This document shows positions 39,173 through 49,957 of a stretch of 64,000 nucleotides of DNA, one piece after another (the stretch's first letter is position 1; the number at the start of each line of letters is the position of its first letter). The notes beneath the pieces were generated by a model that worked only from the letters and a program-made list of their open reading frames with translations, was not told the DNA's origin and ran no database searches. This DNA is from an uncultured archaeon (GTDB lineage Archaea; Thermoplasmatota; Penumbrarchaeia; JASLWR01). Made by a program: the position numbers and the translations under genes. Location of the stretch: NCBI GenBank assembly GCA_964430885.1, contig CAYSHM010000009.1, forward strand, positions 38,703 to 102,702. The letters run 5' to 3'.

Positions 39173-42100
39173 ATGTTTAAAGAAAGAAGTATTTCTAATA
39201 AAAGAAGAGCTGGAGTTTTCAGGAAATTGGTCACGTTCCTATTTCCCATGGTGTTTATTTCACTGATGGCATTGATGATGTTAGTTCCCACAAATTCCAT
39301 TACAAGTCAGATTTCCAAATCCAACAACGGACAGGAAAGCAAAATTGCAGATGATCAGGGGCCCGTATACGATGAGGATGATGTGCCTCCAGAATCAGGT
39401 CATGACGGCAATTTGAATGATGAGAAAACCAATGGAATGATTGCAGGCGAACTCCCTCACTCACCGGTTTGGGACTGTGGTGATCCCATAGAAGTACTGG
39501 ATTTTATATCCGAGAATTATGACGAAGAGTCTGAGAGCTGGCTATTCGAGGGACCGACTGCCCATGAAGACCAGCGGATGGCTCAGGAGGTAGCCGAGGC
39601 TATTGACCATAACCTGGAGAATGCTACCTACGCTCATCAGAAGCAGATGTATGAAGTTCTGACCGATGTCTTCAATGCCATGGGTATATTGAGCATCGAC
39701 GGTACTCCAGGAGGCGACATGTGGTATCCTGGCATTGATGAAGAGATTGATGCCATGGAACATTATCGGCCGGAATCAACCAGAGGTAATTCATACTTTG
39801 TGGATTCCGGTGGCAACCTTGATGTCTATACTGATGCTGATATTTCGTTTATAATTCCCATGGGTATTGATCCCGAAGAAGTTGAATCCGCAGTTCTTAC
39901 ACTTTCTATATATGATGTGGACGAGACCGATGCTCAAAGCTGTGCAGGAGGTCCCGAGGTGGACATGGTCTATATCAACGGCAACCGATTGGGAGCTCTT
40001 ACCGGGGCCAATGATCAATGGTCTACATCTACGTTCAATGTTGACACCGCCTATGTTCAGAAAAATAATACCATACTTATCGATACTGATTCCACAGGTA
40101 CGGGGTGCTGGTGGGTAAAGTGCGACTGGGGTGAATTGATAATCAATGGCGGAGAGGAGGAAGAGGAGATGCGGATCGATTCAATGGAGACCGATAAGAA
40201 GGCCTACCAGCTGGGACAGAATATCCAACTGACAGTGATTGTATCATCGGATATAGATGCTGACGGTGTTCGGCTTGAAATGAACCTTCACAATCCAGCG
40301 GGTGTGAATGTTGACGGTGCCAGTGCCAATTTCAATCTTCCCAAGGGAGGTTCTCATACCGTTCAGCAGTCCCTTTACATCCCATCCGATGATGAAGTGG
40401 GAATATACACTATTGTTGCCATACTTCATCACAAAGGCATACAGGACCAGGAGAAAAAAGAAGTTTCGGTGGGTTCCGATATCATTGTAGAAGATGAGGG
40501 GATAGAATTTGTCAGCATCAATAAGGATGCAGACGGAAAAGTTAAGGATGTGGATGTCAGTGTGATGATCAATTTTGAAAGTGATGACACGGAAACTGAA
40601 GCCACATTCATCTGTAAAGCATATGAGATCAATCTGACCACTGGAGCCAGTATTGACATTGATAGTAAAACCATAACAATGAAACCCGGGAACTTCAAAT
40701 GGGACTTGAACTGGGTCCCGAAGGATCTCAATGTCAAGATATCCTTCGTAGCAGACCCTGAAGATAAGGTGAAGGAGGTGGATGAGACCAATAATAAGGG
40801 TGAGCGGGATCTGGAGACCAAGCCAGTAGTAAAAAGGGTGGATATGAAATACAAGGGCTTTTTTGTACACAGCATCGAAGTTAAAAATGATTTCACCGCA
40901 ATAGTCGAATCCCCGAACGAGGAAGTTATAGGTGTGAAATTCTATCTCAAGGACAAGCTCAAACACACTGATGTGACAAAGGCCGATGGCTGGAAATGGA
41001 CCGAGTATAATGTGGGGGAGCTTGAGGAGGATACTGTCTGTAAGGTAATCGCCATAGCTAAAAGCGGCGAGCAATCAGAACCATATACCTTTGAGATCAA
41101 GGTTTGGAAACTTCCCTGGTGGCTTGAGAAGCTTGTTCTGAACGCTAAACCCATTACCATTCCCGGTCTAGGGGACAAGATAGAGGCCAAGTTCGAGTCC
41201 AAGTCATTGAAATATTCGGTATCTTGGACTATCCTCGAAGCGGAAGATGTGGGATTCAGCGTGCCCAAGGCTATTCCCTATATAGGCGGTGATTACAAGT
41301 TCAGTACTAAGATCACAGTAGGCGCAGACCTATATCTGTCCGGGCAGATAGATGTAACCGGTGAGGGTGAGCTGAAGATGACGATAATGGGATTTGCCGG
41401 CGAGGGTAAATTGAAGGTGGAAGGGTCGTTTTCCGCAGGAATGCCTCCAACATTCCATGGGATGAAGGTTACCGGAAGCGCAAAGATCACTATACCTCTG
41501 AATAAACTTTTAGGACTTCCCTCGGAATTGGCCCTGCCGGACGTGGAGATAGGATGGTGGACCATTCCGTTATCAAAACTCGGAGGAATTAAACTGGAGG
41601 TTTCCGGCTCCCCTAAGGCCGAGATCATCTTCACCCTTGATTCAGGTTTCAGCCTTACCGAAACAGAGCTGAAACCAGGTCTGGAACTGGAAGCCAAAGG
41701 GACCATATCTGCTGAGTGGTATCTTATAGGCAAGGTACTGGCGGAGCTTACTCTTTCCGGAAGCGTGACGGGCTCACTGAAGATACCGTCCTGGGAAGTG
41801 GGAATAGAGCTGGAAGAGAAACTTCAATTGAAGGTACAGGTAAGATCATATGAAGAGACCTTCAACCCCTTCGGCGGGCCCTGGAAGCAGAACCTCAGAA
41901 GGTCAGATGATAGTTCGCTGACAATTGATGACGGAAAGCATGGCTCCAATCCCAATTGGACGCCATACAGGGTCGAGGATTATCTCATAGAGAACCGGTG
42001 GACACGAGGCGGTCTCGGAGGAGATCATCTCACAAAGGACCTGCTTCTTGATACATCACCCGATGTTGTTGCGGATGACAATGGAGCAGTGGCAGTTTGG

Positions 42101-45100
42101 GTTCACGATAACGGAACAGGTCCACTTCCAGGTTCACTGAACATATTCTCCTCGTCATGGAATTCATATTACGGTTGGTCCCAACCAACACCTATAGCTA
42201 TGGATAATAATGTGGATTCATCTCCTTCCATATCTTCCCTGCCAGGATCAGGTCAGATCTGTATCTGGACCCACGAGACATTGGAAGCGGTGGAAGGTGA
42301 CCCATTTGCTTCCTTCAACTCGACGGAGGTATTCTATTCAACATATAACGGCGGATGGAGTGTCCCTTCCAATATTACCAATAACAGCCAGATAGAGGGC
42401 CATCCCGATGTGGCATCGGGAAATAGTATGACCATTGCAGTATGGGAAGCGGATCAGGATAATGATCCGGGTACAACCCATGATGCAGAGCTGTTCTATT
42501 CCATCTATCAGACTGGATCCTGGAGCATGCCGCAAATGGTTGTTGAAGGAGGTAATGTAGGGATGGATTGGATGCCCAAGGTTGCTTTTCTCCCTGACGG
42601 CAACGCCATGGTCGTCTGGATGAACGATGCTGATGGGAATTATACTCCCCAAAATCAATTCACCCTAGTCGCAAGCATCTACAATACAACAACCGGTAAC
42701 TGGAGCGCAGTCAGCGATATTCACACCGGTGTTGTCAATCCTTCATATGATTTTGCGGTAAATCCATCCGGAGAGCTTATGCTTGTATTCACAGAGGAAG
42801 AATATATTCAGGCTGAAGATGCCAATCATACTATTCTGTTTACCGTTATCCGATCAGCTGAAGGCAACTGGTCTGAAGCTTCACCATTCACCACCGAACT
42901 TGGTATCGTATCGCCCAATGTAGAAGTGACCGACCAAGGTTATTATTTGCTTTCAGCCTCGGTATTGGCAGATAACTGGAATGTAGTATCCTGGGTCCAG
43001 CTTGATGAGAACTATACCTGGACGCCTTCCCTAAATATAAGCGATGACGAATACCCTGACGATCAGCTTGTGACGTCCATCGATCCCACCAATGGAAGGG
43101 TTATGAACCTCTGGCTGAAATCCAACAGAAGTCAGGGCTCCACATTCGATGTGTTTGCCCGAGATATGCAAATTCTGCCGGAACTGACCATTGAGGGTGA
43201 CTTGACCTTGAGCGATCCAAATGCCCATGCAGGGGATAATATCACATTGTCCATACCTGTGAACAATACAGGTCTGGCAAAAGCGGAGAACCTGGAAGTT
43301 AGGTTCTACAAGGGTGATCCCGACCAGTGGGGTTCAGAGGAGATAGGAACCTCAACTATTGGGAGCATTATACCGGGAGAGTTGAAAACCGTATCCACAC
43401 ATTGGATAGTTCCGGACGTGGGAGCACCTCTTGATATCTATGCCAAGGTTGACTGGGCAGGTGCCATTACAGAGATAAATGAAAGCAATAATAAGGCTTT
43501 CATACGCACACTGGAACTGGTTCTGGATGAGGATTATATTTCGCTGGTCCCATACAGAGGAAAATACAAGGTGAACATGACCGTCCATAACAGGGGTCTC
43601 TGCTCAATAAGTGCACTTTATATTGATATATTCAGGGGGATAGCGATCCCCGCTAATCTTCTCAATTCCACAAGGGAGGATGTGGTGCTTCTACCCGGGG
43701 AGAGCATTCAGCTGGAGATGTATTTCGATGCGGGCTCACTGAATGCTACCGAGAGGGTCCGGATAGTGGCCAGTGCAAGGGATTATTATTCAAATGTCTA
43801 TCCTGAGAGGAGTGATGAGAATAATCGTCTTGATGTATATCCCACAGTCGTACCTGATCTCAGTATCAACACCAGCAGTATAGAGATACCCGATAGAAGC
43901 CAAGGGGAGGTGGAGGTTAGAGCGTTGGTGCATAACCTCGGTTTCGGTAATGCCGAGAATGTAACAGTCTCTTTCTACCTGGATGAGGTGAATGAAACGC
44001 ATAGAATTGGTGAAGATTTCATTATACAGAGAATATACTCCGGTGGTCAATACACTGTATCGACCATGTGGAATGCAACACCTGGCAATCACCAGATATA
44101 TGTGATTGTAAACAGGGATTATTCCATTATTGAGAGCGATTCCGGTAACAACCATGCCAGTAGAGCCGTGACGATACTTCCGGCCCCGGACCTTCTTATC
44201 GACGAAGCATCCATATCCTTCAATGGAACGGGTATAATAGTTACAGTTCACAACAACGGTCCTATAGATATTCTAACATCGGATCTGGCAGTATTTAACT
44301 GGGATCCCAGGGAGTACATGTATGTCAATCCTTATCAGACTAAGAATCCCTATCAGATTACCACTAGAGGCATACCGGTGATCGAGGCAGGCGGCTCTGT
44401 GACACTTTTCATAAGAATTGACTGGGAGAATGAGAACTTCACAAACGGTGATCTCTATGTGCATCTTGATCCGTGGAACAGGATACGTGAACTGGATGAA
44501 ACGAACAACGTGGGATATAAGAATCTCACACTTCCATCACTCTTATCGCCTAGGTTCAATCCCGAGAGCGGGCTTCCCGGTTCATGGTTCCAGTTCTCAG
44601 TGGGGTATGTTTCATTGATCAATGCCACCCCTGAAAATGTAAAGGCCCATTTAAGTTCCCCCAGCGGTGATCATGAGCTTATTCTATCCTATCATGGCGG
44701 AAATATAAGCAATGCGTCGTTTTCAACAGAGGCGGTCTTTACTGGCGGAATGAATCTGAACAATGTCGGCACCTACGAGCTCTCGTTCTCCGCCTTTGAC
44801 GGAAATAATACTGTTCATGTAAATACCTCCTCTTTGGGCGAGAAGATGTTTATCATTGTTGACAATGATTCCGATAACGACACCTACCTAGATTTCAAGG
44901 ATGCCTTCCCCGATGATCCTAATTATCATCTGGATAGTGATGGGGACGGACTTCCGGACGCTTGGGAAGTCTCCCACAATCTCAGTGCTTATGACAGCTC
45001 AGACGCTATTGAGGATGCGGATTCAGACGGTTTGAACAATACTTACGAATTCCAGCTTGGAACAAACCCAGAGGTGGACGATACCGACGGTGACGGCTAC

Positions 45101-45820
45101 AATGACGGTAAAGAGGTGGACAAGGGCACTGATCCTGTCGATCCCCTGTCAAAACCCAAGGAAGCTTCATCGAATAACCTGCTGTTAATAATCATTATCA
45201 TCGTTGTTGTGTTGGCAATTATAGCCATTGCGGTAATTCTGGTCATCAAGAAAGGGAAGAATACCTCCGATGATGATGATGATAAGGAAGTTGAAGAGGA
45301 GGATAAATTGGATTCGGAGGTTGAGGAGGGGAAACAGCCTGAAGATGAAACACCGAAGAAGGATGAAGATAAAGGCGGGACCGATAAGTCCAAGGAAGGG
45401 AAGGATGAGCCGTTAGAAACCGTAACGATCAAAGAATCAGACACACAAATCCCGAAAACAGAAAAAGATGATCTGCAAGATGTGAAACCTGATTCCCATA
45501 AAGCCAAGGACGAGGATCCCAAGGATGTCAAGGAAAAAGAAAAACTCCCTGAACACGTAGTTGGTGAAGATGACGGTTGGGATGATGATCAAGATGAAGA
45601 TGATTGGGGTGCGGAACCCGATGAAGAGGGAGGTTGGGATGATGATGGGGATGATTCTATTATGGGTGATGAACCCTTGAGCGAATCTGAGGGATCTGAT
45701 GATGATATGCAGAAAAAACCTGATGATGATCCAGCAGGGGAAGAGGTTAATTTCTGTTCTGAATGCGGTTCTAAGGCCTCGGGCAAATTCTGCAACATGT
45801 GCGGGACAAAACTTGTGTGA
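39173..45820 (+). CDS. Giant surface protein: CARDB repeats, propeller-like region, TSP3-like DxDxDG repeats, TM, acidic tail, double zinc ribbon
   Basis: P[DE]L.I...V.N.G...I.E..E.NN motifs; DSDGDGLPDAWE and DTDGDGYNDG; C-terminal CSECG..CNMCG. Start chosen by SD GAAGGT. Confidence 0.85.
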   Translation: MFKERSISNKRRAGVFRKLVTFLFPMVFISLMALMMLVPTNSITSQISKSNNGQESKIADDQGPVYDEDDVPPESGHDGNLNDEKTNGMIAGELPHSPVWDCGDPIEVLDFISENYDEESESWLFEGPTAHEDQRMAQEVAEAIDHNLENATYAHQKQMYEVLTDVFNAMGILSIDGTPGGDMWYPGIDEEIDAMEHYRPESTRGNSYFVDSGGNLDVYTDADISFIIPMGIDPEEVESAVLTLSIYDVDETDAQSCAGGPEVDMVYINGNRLGALTGANDQWSTSTFNVDTAYVQKNNTILIDTDSTGTGCWWVKCDWGELIINGGEEEEEMRIDSMETDKKAYQLGQNIQLTVIVSSDIDADGVRLEMNLHNPAGVNVDGASANFNLPKGGSHTVQQSLYIPSDDEVGIYTIVAILHHKGIQDQEKKEVSVGSDIIVEDEGIEFVSINKDADGKVKDVDVSVMINFESDDTETEATFICKAYEINLTTGASIDIDSKTITMKPGNFKWDLNWVPKDLNVKISFVADPEDKVKEVDETNNKGERDLETKPVVKRVDMKYKGFFVHSIEVKNDFTAIVESPNEEVIGVKFYLKDKLKHTDVTKADGWKWTEYNVGELEEDTVCKVIAIAKSGEQSEPYTFEIKVWKLPWWLEKLVLNAKPITIPGLGDKIEAKFESKSLKYSVSWTILEAEDVGFSVPKAIPYIGGDYKFSTKITVGADLYLSGQIDVTGEGELKMTIMGFAGEGKLKVEGSFSAGMPPTFHGMKVTGSAKITIPLNKLLGLPSELALPDVEIGWWTIPLSKLGGIKLEVSGSPKAEIIFTLDSGFSLTETELKPGLELEAKGTISAEWYLIGKVLAELTLSGSVTGSLKIPSWEVGIELEEKLQLKVQVRSYEETFNPFGGPWKQNLRRSDDSSLTIDDGKHGSNPNWTPYRVEDYLIENRWTRGGLGGDHLTKDLLLDTSPDVVADDNGAVAVWVHDNGTGPLPGSLNIFSSSWNSYYGWSQPTPIAMDNNVDSSPSISSLPGSGQICIWTHETLEAVEGDPFASFNSTEVFYSTYNGGWSVPSNITNNSQIEGHPDVASGNSMTIAVWEADQDNDPGTTHDAELFYSIYQTGSWSMPQMVVEGGNVGMDWMPKVAFLPDGNAMVVWMNDADGNYTPQNQFTLVASIYNTTTGNWSAVSDIHTGVVNPSYDFAVNPSGELMLVFTEEEYIQAEDANHTILFTVIRSAEGNWSEASPFTTELGIVSPNVEVTDQGYYLLSASVLADNWNVVSWVQLDENYTWTPSLNISDDEYPDDQLVTSIDPTNGRVMNLWLKSNRSQGSTFDVFARDMQILPELTIEGDLTLSDPNAHAGDNITLSIPVNNTGLAKAENLEVRFYKGDPDQWGSEEIGTSTIGSIIPGELKTVSTHWIVPDVGAPLDIYAKVDWAGAITEINESNNKAFIRTLELVLDEDYISLVPYRGKYKVNMTVHNRGLCSISALYIDIFRGIAIPANLLNSTREDVVLLPGESIQLEMYFDAGSLNATERVRIVASARDYYSNVYPERSDENNRLDVYPTVVPDLSINTSSIEIPDRSQGEVEVRALVHNLGFGNAENVTVSFYLDEVNETHRIGEDFIIQRIYSGGQYTVSTMWNATPGNHQIYVIVNRDYSIIESDSGNNHASRAVTILPAPDLLIDEASISFNGTGIIVTVHNNGPIDILTSDLAVFNWDPREYMYVNPYQTKNPYQITTRGIPVIEAGGSVTLFIRIDWENENFTNGDLYVHLDPWNRIRELDETNNVGYKNLTLPSLLSPRFNPESGLPGSWFQFSVGYVSLINATPENVKAHLSSPSGDHELILSYHGGNISNASFSTEAVFTGGMNLNNVGTYELSFSAFDGNNTVHVNTSSLGEKMFIIVDNDSDNDTYLDFKDAFPDDPNYHLDSDGDGLPDAWEVSHNLSAYDSSDAIEDADSDGLNNTYEFQLGTNPEVDDTDGDGYNDGKEVDKGTDPVDPLSKPKEASSNNLLLIIIIIVVVLAIIAIAVILVIKKGKNTSDDDDDKEVEEEDKLDSEVEEGKQPEDETPKKDEDKGGTDKSKEGKDEPLETVTIKESDTQIPKTEKDDLQDVKPDSHKAKDEDPKDVKEKEKLPEHVVGEDDGWDDDQDEDDWGAEPDEEGGWDDDGDDSIMGDEPLSESEGSDDDMQKKPDDDPAGEEVNFCSECGSKASGKFCNMCGTKLV

Positions 45821-45848
45821 AGAATATCAATATAAATAAAAAAGTTAG

Positions 45849-45886
45849 ATTTAAAAAGCGGTCGAAAGCGGGCCGCTTAAATTTTT
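45849..45886. terminator. Hairpin between convergent genes, probable bidirectional terminator
   Basis: AAGCGGTC pairs with GGCCGCTT; A-run on the left, T-run on the right. Confidence 0.55.
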
Positions 45887-45916
45887 ATTCATTACCAAAA
45901 TTATTGTTATGGTAGT

Positions 45917-46387
45917 TCATAGTAATTTTATTAAATTTGAAACTAATTCTTGAATATCCATTTCCCTTGTTTTCTCTCTCCATCTGACGATCCCTGTATC
46001 CGCAACATCACCGCCCTTTTTCTTCACCAATCCTTTCATCTGCCTGATTGCATTATTTCCCCCGGTCCAATTTCCTGGAAGCGCCTTGGTCACAAAGAGA
46101 AATGTCCACTTTCCCTTCAATGAGGGAACCTTTTCTTTCAGATATTTTTTCATGACAGGGGATAATGAGAATGCTTCCACCGGAGCCCCGAATACAATCA
46201 TATTGTAATCCTCGATCTTTGGGAGGGATCCGAACTTTATCTTTTTCGCCCCTGGCTTGTAATCACCCTTTAGCTCCAGGTTATCTACGTACGGGTGCTG
46301 TCCTTTATCCTGAAGGGCTTTTTCCAGTCTCTCCGCCACCGCAAGTGTGTTGAAAGTGTGGGAATGTATGATCACAGCAATTTTCAT
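45917..46387 (-). CDS. Flavodoxin-family protein
   Basis: IIHSHTFNTLAVAE, IVFGAPV and LFVT. Confidence 0.85.
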   Translation of the reverse strand: MKIAVIIHSHTFNTLAVAERLEKALQDKGQHPYVDNLELKGDYKPGAKKIKFGSLPKIEDYNMIVFGAPVEAFSLSPVMKKYLKEKVPSLKGKWTFLFVTKALPGNWTGGNNAIRQMKGLVKKKGGDVADTGIVRWREKTREMDIQELVSNLIKLL

Positions 46388-46569
46388 TATTGTCCGCCTC
46401 TGATCAAATGTTCAGATGTAATTTTGAAAGTGAATATTGATGTGGATATTGAATCACCTTTATTTTGGATTTATCAATAAATCATAAAAACTATTTAATT
46501 TCATCAATATTAAGGATAGCTATGGAGGATATACCTATTGACCGGAATATAAATTCTATTTCATTTACT

Positions 46570-49500
46570 ATGCTGTTTTCAAGATTTTCCTTCAAAGCTA
46601 TGGCATACTTTTCGGTAATCATTCTACTTCTGGTATCATTCAGTTTTTATTCGCATTTGGGTTTTGCATCCTTGGATGTATCTGACCGGTCTAACCCCGA
46701 GTTCAGAGGTCTTTGGGCACCCCGCTGGGACGTGAACACTCAGGCAGAGGTAGATCAGGCCGTTGCTGCAACCAAGGCCTCCAACTGCAACGCTCTCCTT
46801 CTGCAGGTCAGAGGTGAAGGCTACTCACTTTACAATTCCAGTTACGACCCGATGTATCCTTCAGTGCCAGATGGTTTTGATCCTTTATTCTACGCTATAA
46901 CGAAATGCCATGAGGAAGGTATTGAGCTCCACGCCTGGATGAACGTTTTCGCTTCAGGGTCCGCGGCAAATATGGATTCATACCCGGCAGACCATGTAAT
47001 GAAGGAGCACCCGGAATGGATAAGCATCGACAGCAATGGTTTTCAGGATTCCCAGGATTATATTTTCATTGAACCTGCACAAGAAGATGTGAAGGGATAC
47101 CTTCTTAACCTGACAGAGGAAATTGTTGCCAATTATGACATAGACGGCCTTCATTTCGATTATGTGAGATATGAAGGTACAAAATTTGGTTACGGGGATG
47201 ACTGCAAGACATCTTTCGAAACAATGTACAATACTACTTGGTCCGAGGGCAGTGATTGGAACGATTTCCGCCGAGGGCACGTGACAGCCTTTGTTGAGAG
47301 GGCCTTCTGGCTTACCAAGGAAATAAAGCCCCATATCCGCCTAGGGGCAGCAGTGTGGGGGATTAACGGGAACGGATTCGATCAGTACTTTCAGGACTCT
47401 CTTTACTGGGCCCAGGAGGGCTTCGTGGACTACCTAGCACCCATGACATACTACACCGATACCCAGCTGTTCACAGATTCCATCCGGGATTATATTTCAG
47501 GCTCTCTGGGCACAGATATTTACGGTGGCATCGGTGTCTACAAGTTCACACCAGGAGGCGACAGTGCAGGCATGGTGAACCAGGTGGAGATCACAAGAAA
47601 TGAGGGCTGTAAAGGACAGGTTTTCTTTTCCATGGCCTATTTACGGGACAATCCATCTTTCCAAACCGCTCTTACTTCAGGACCTTTTAATGCAGAGGTA
47701 AATACCACGTCCATACCGGATTTTCATCCGGTAGGGGAGCCTACATGGGAGTTCAATAATGATTGGTTAAGAAGCGGTTGGGAGACCCGAAATATGGATG
47801 TGAGTTACCCCTTGGATGGCATTTGGAGAGGAGATGTCGGATATGATCCCATGTTAATTTCACCGGAAATGAACATTTCATCGGAGACATGCAATTTCCT
47901 GGAAGTCCGGATGAGGAATTTCAATCATGACAAAACAGCCAAATTGTACTTCCAGAGGGATGTAGATGATGATTTTCATGAAGACCTACATATTTCCTTC
48001 CCCCTTGTTAATGGAAGCTACTGGCATACGTACAGAACCAGGCTTTCTTCAAATGAACTCTGGGAAGGCCCTATTAAAAGGCTGAGATTTGACCCAGTAT
48101 CCTTTGGCGATGCTGAAATCGCTATTGATTTTATTCATATCATTTTTCGCCCTGAGTGCATCAAGTCCTGGCTTTTATCGCAGCGGTATCAATCGGATTC
48201 GGCTTCCAATGCTTTAGCATATGAGTTTTTGAACGATACTGATTCCGTAATACCCGGGCCAGGTATGGAAGCAGGAGGCGCTCTCTGGACCCTTTACGAT
48301 AGTTCCGAAGATTATATAGACCTGAAAATTTCCTTTGCCGATGCAGAAAATTGTGCTTTGTATTCACACATATTTATCCACTCTAATTCACCACAGCCAG
48401 CGCTTCTAAAATTGGGAAGCGATGATGGTATCAAGGTATGGTTGAACGGAGAGGAGTTGTATTCCAATGATGTTCTGAGGGGCGCCTCTCCGGATCAGGA
48501 TCAGGTCCGCTGTAACCTAAGCAAAGGTATCAATCGCCTCATGATGAAGATATCCCAGGGTAGCGGGGAGTGGGGTTTCTATGCTCGATTTACTGATCTA
48601 TTTGGCTTGCCTTTGGAAGATCTGGATTACATACTAGACCTAGGACCCTTGGAGCCCCCTGAGATCATGGACGAACTTGATTACTGGTGGAATGAAAGTT
48701 CACCTTCATTTGCATGGGAACCGGTTTCCAATGCCCTTGTGAACATATCGGGCTATGAGTGGGAACTTGAATCCCTGAATTTAACCATGGATGGCTTTAC
48801 CGAGGATTCCGAGGTCAGGCTGCCTCTTCTGCCGAACGACCATTATACTCTTTCCATCAATTCCATAGACGAAATCGGCCGTCGCTCTTTAAAATCCGAT
48901 ATTTCCTTTGGTATTGACACGGCAGTCCCAGAAACCCCGGGTATAATGCCGGATAATGTGATCAGTTCAAACGGTTCGATCAAATGGCAATGGGAGCGTG
49001 TTTCCCATGGAATATCGGGTATTCAGCATTACGACATTATCTTGGAAGCCAATGGCGGTTTGGTTCGTAAAACCTTAAAAGGCAATACCTATTCGGCAAA
49101 CCTGCTTACTCAGGGAATTTACAGCCTCAGGGTAAGGGCTCAGAGCAGGTCGGGGACTGTTTCTGATTGGGGAATAAGCAAAAATGTTACAGTGGATAAG
49201 AGTCCGCCAACAGCTCCCGGGATCCCAATAGTGGAAAATATTACCGAGAATGGAAGTCTTTTTGATGTACAGCTTTCTTGGTGTTCCTCAGAGGACGCCC
49301 TGACCGATATTTATTCCTATAGCATTGAGATTATAACACTTACCGAAAATTCAACAGAAGGCGATTGGAATTGGATAGCCAATACTACAATGAACAGCAG
49401 TTCAATCTCCCTGCCGCCTCTGAAGGGTCAATATATAATAAGGGTCAAGGCTTTGGATAGAGCGGGATGGTGGAGCGATTATTCCGATACGATGAGCTTT

Positions 49501-49818
49501 CAACTATTAATGCCTGAGGAGAACCATACTGAAATCAATAACCATACTGATCAGGGTAATGAGACTCAAGTTGAAGAAAATGGGACTGGCGAATCCGGAA
49601 TAGTAGATGAAAATGAAGATGATAGCGCTGCTTCCGGTTCTGGAGACCCGAATAACAGTGAAAGCGGATCAACAAAAAAACCAGGCGATTCATCTTTTAT
49701 GAAGTTATTAACGGTCATATTTGCATTAATAATAATACTTGTTCTCGTTGCTTTGGTTTTGGTACTAATTAAATTCAATAAAAAAAATGACGATATTGAA
49801 GAGGATCTTTGGGATTGA
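46570..49818 (+). CDS. Membrane-anchored GHL10 (YddW/DigH-like) glycoside hydrolase with carbohydrate-binding-like and FN3 domains
   Basis: EFRGLW, LQVRGEG, GFDPL, GIELHAWMN, YDIDGLHFDYVRY and QD...W...G.VDYLAPM.Y; GSDDGIKVWLNG module; C-terminal TM. Start uncertain. Confidence 0.87.
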   Translation: MLFSRFSFKAMAYFSVIILLLVSFSFYSHLGFASLDVSDRSNPEFRGLWAPRWDVNTQAEVDQAVAATKASNCNALLLQVRGEGYSLYNSSYDPMYPSVPDGFDPLFYAITKCHEEGIELHAWMNVFASGSAANMDSYPADHVMKEHPEWISIDSNGFQDSQDYIFIEPAQEDVKGYLLNLTEEIVANYDIDGLHFDYVRYEGTKFGYGDDCKTSFETMYNTTWSEGSDWNDFRRGHVTAFVERAFWLTKEIKPHIRLGAAVWGINGNGFDQYFQDSLYWAQEGFVDYLAPMTYYTDTQLFTDSIRDYISGSLGTDIYGGIGVYKFTPGGDSAGMVNQVEITRNEGCKGQVFFSMAYLRDNPSFQTALTSGPFNAEVNTTSIPDFHPVGEPTWEFNNDWLRSGWETRNMDVSYPLDGIWRGDVGYDPMLISPEMNISSETCNFLEVRMRNFNHDKTAKLYFQRDVDDDFHEDLHISFPLVNGSYWHTYRTRLSSNELWEGPIKRLRFDPVSFGDAEIAIDFIHIIFRPECIKSWLLSQRYQSDSASNALAYEFLNDTDSVIPGPGMEAGGALWTLYDSSEDYIDLKISFADAENCALYSHIFIHSNSPQPALLKLGSDDGIKVWLNGEELYSNDVLRGASPDQDQVRCNLSKGINRLMMKISQGSGEWGFYARFTDLFGLPLEDLDYILDLGPLEPPEIMDELDYWWNESSPSFAWEPVSNALVNISGYEWELESLNLTMDGFTEDSEVRLPLLPNDHYTLSINSIDEIGRRSLKSDISFGIDTAVPETPGIMPDNVISSNGSIKWQWERVSHGISGIQHYDIILEANGGLVRKTLKGNTYSANLLTQGIYSLRVRAQSRSGTVSDWGISKNVTVDKSPPTAPGIPIVENITENGSLFDVQLSWCSSEDALTDIYSYSIEIITLTENSTEGDWNWIANTTMNSSSISLPPLKGQYIIRVKALDRAGWWSDYSDTMSFQLLMPEENHTEINNHTDQGNETQVEENGTGESGIVDENEDDSAASGSGDPNNSESGSTKKPGDSSFMKLLTVIFALIIILVLVALVLVLIKFNKKNDDIEEDLWD

Positions 49819-49957
49819 ATCTTGAATATGATAAATTTAATGATAATTCACTTCAACATATAAACCTTACATCTAGGTAAATAATTTAAATACTACTTTG
49901 ATATATTGGATTTGGCAATTTGTTTGCTATGAAATTTTTCTCTATATGGTGATGATC

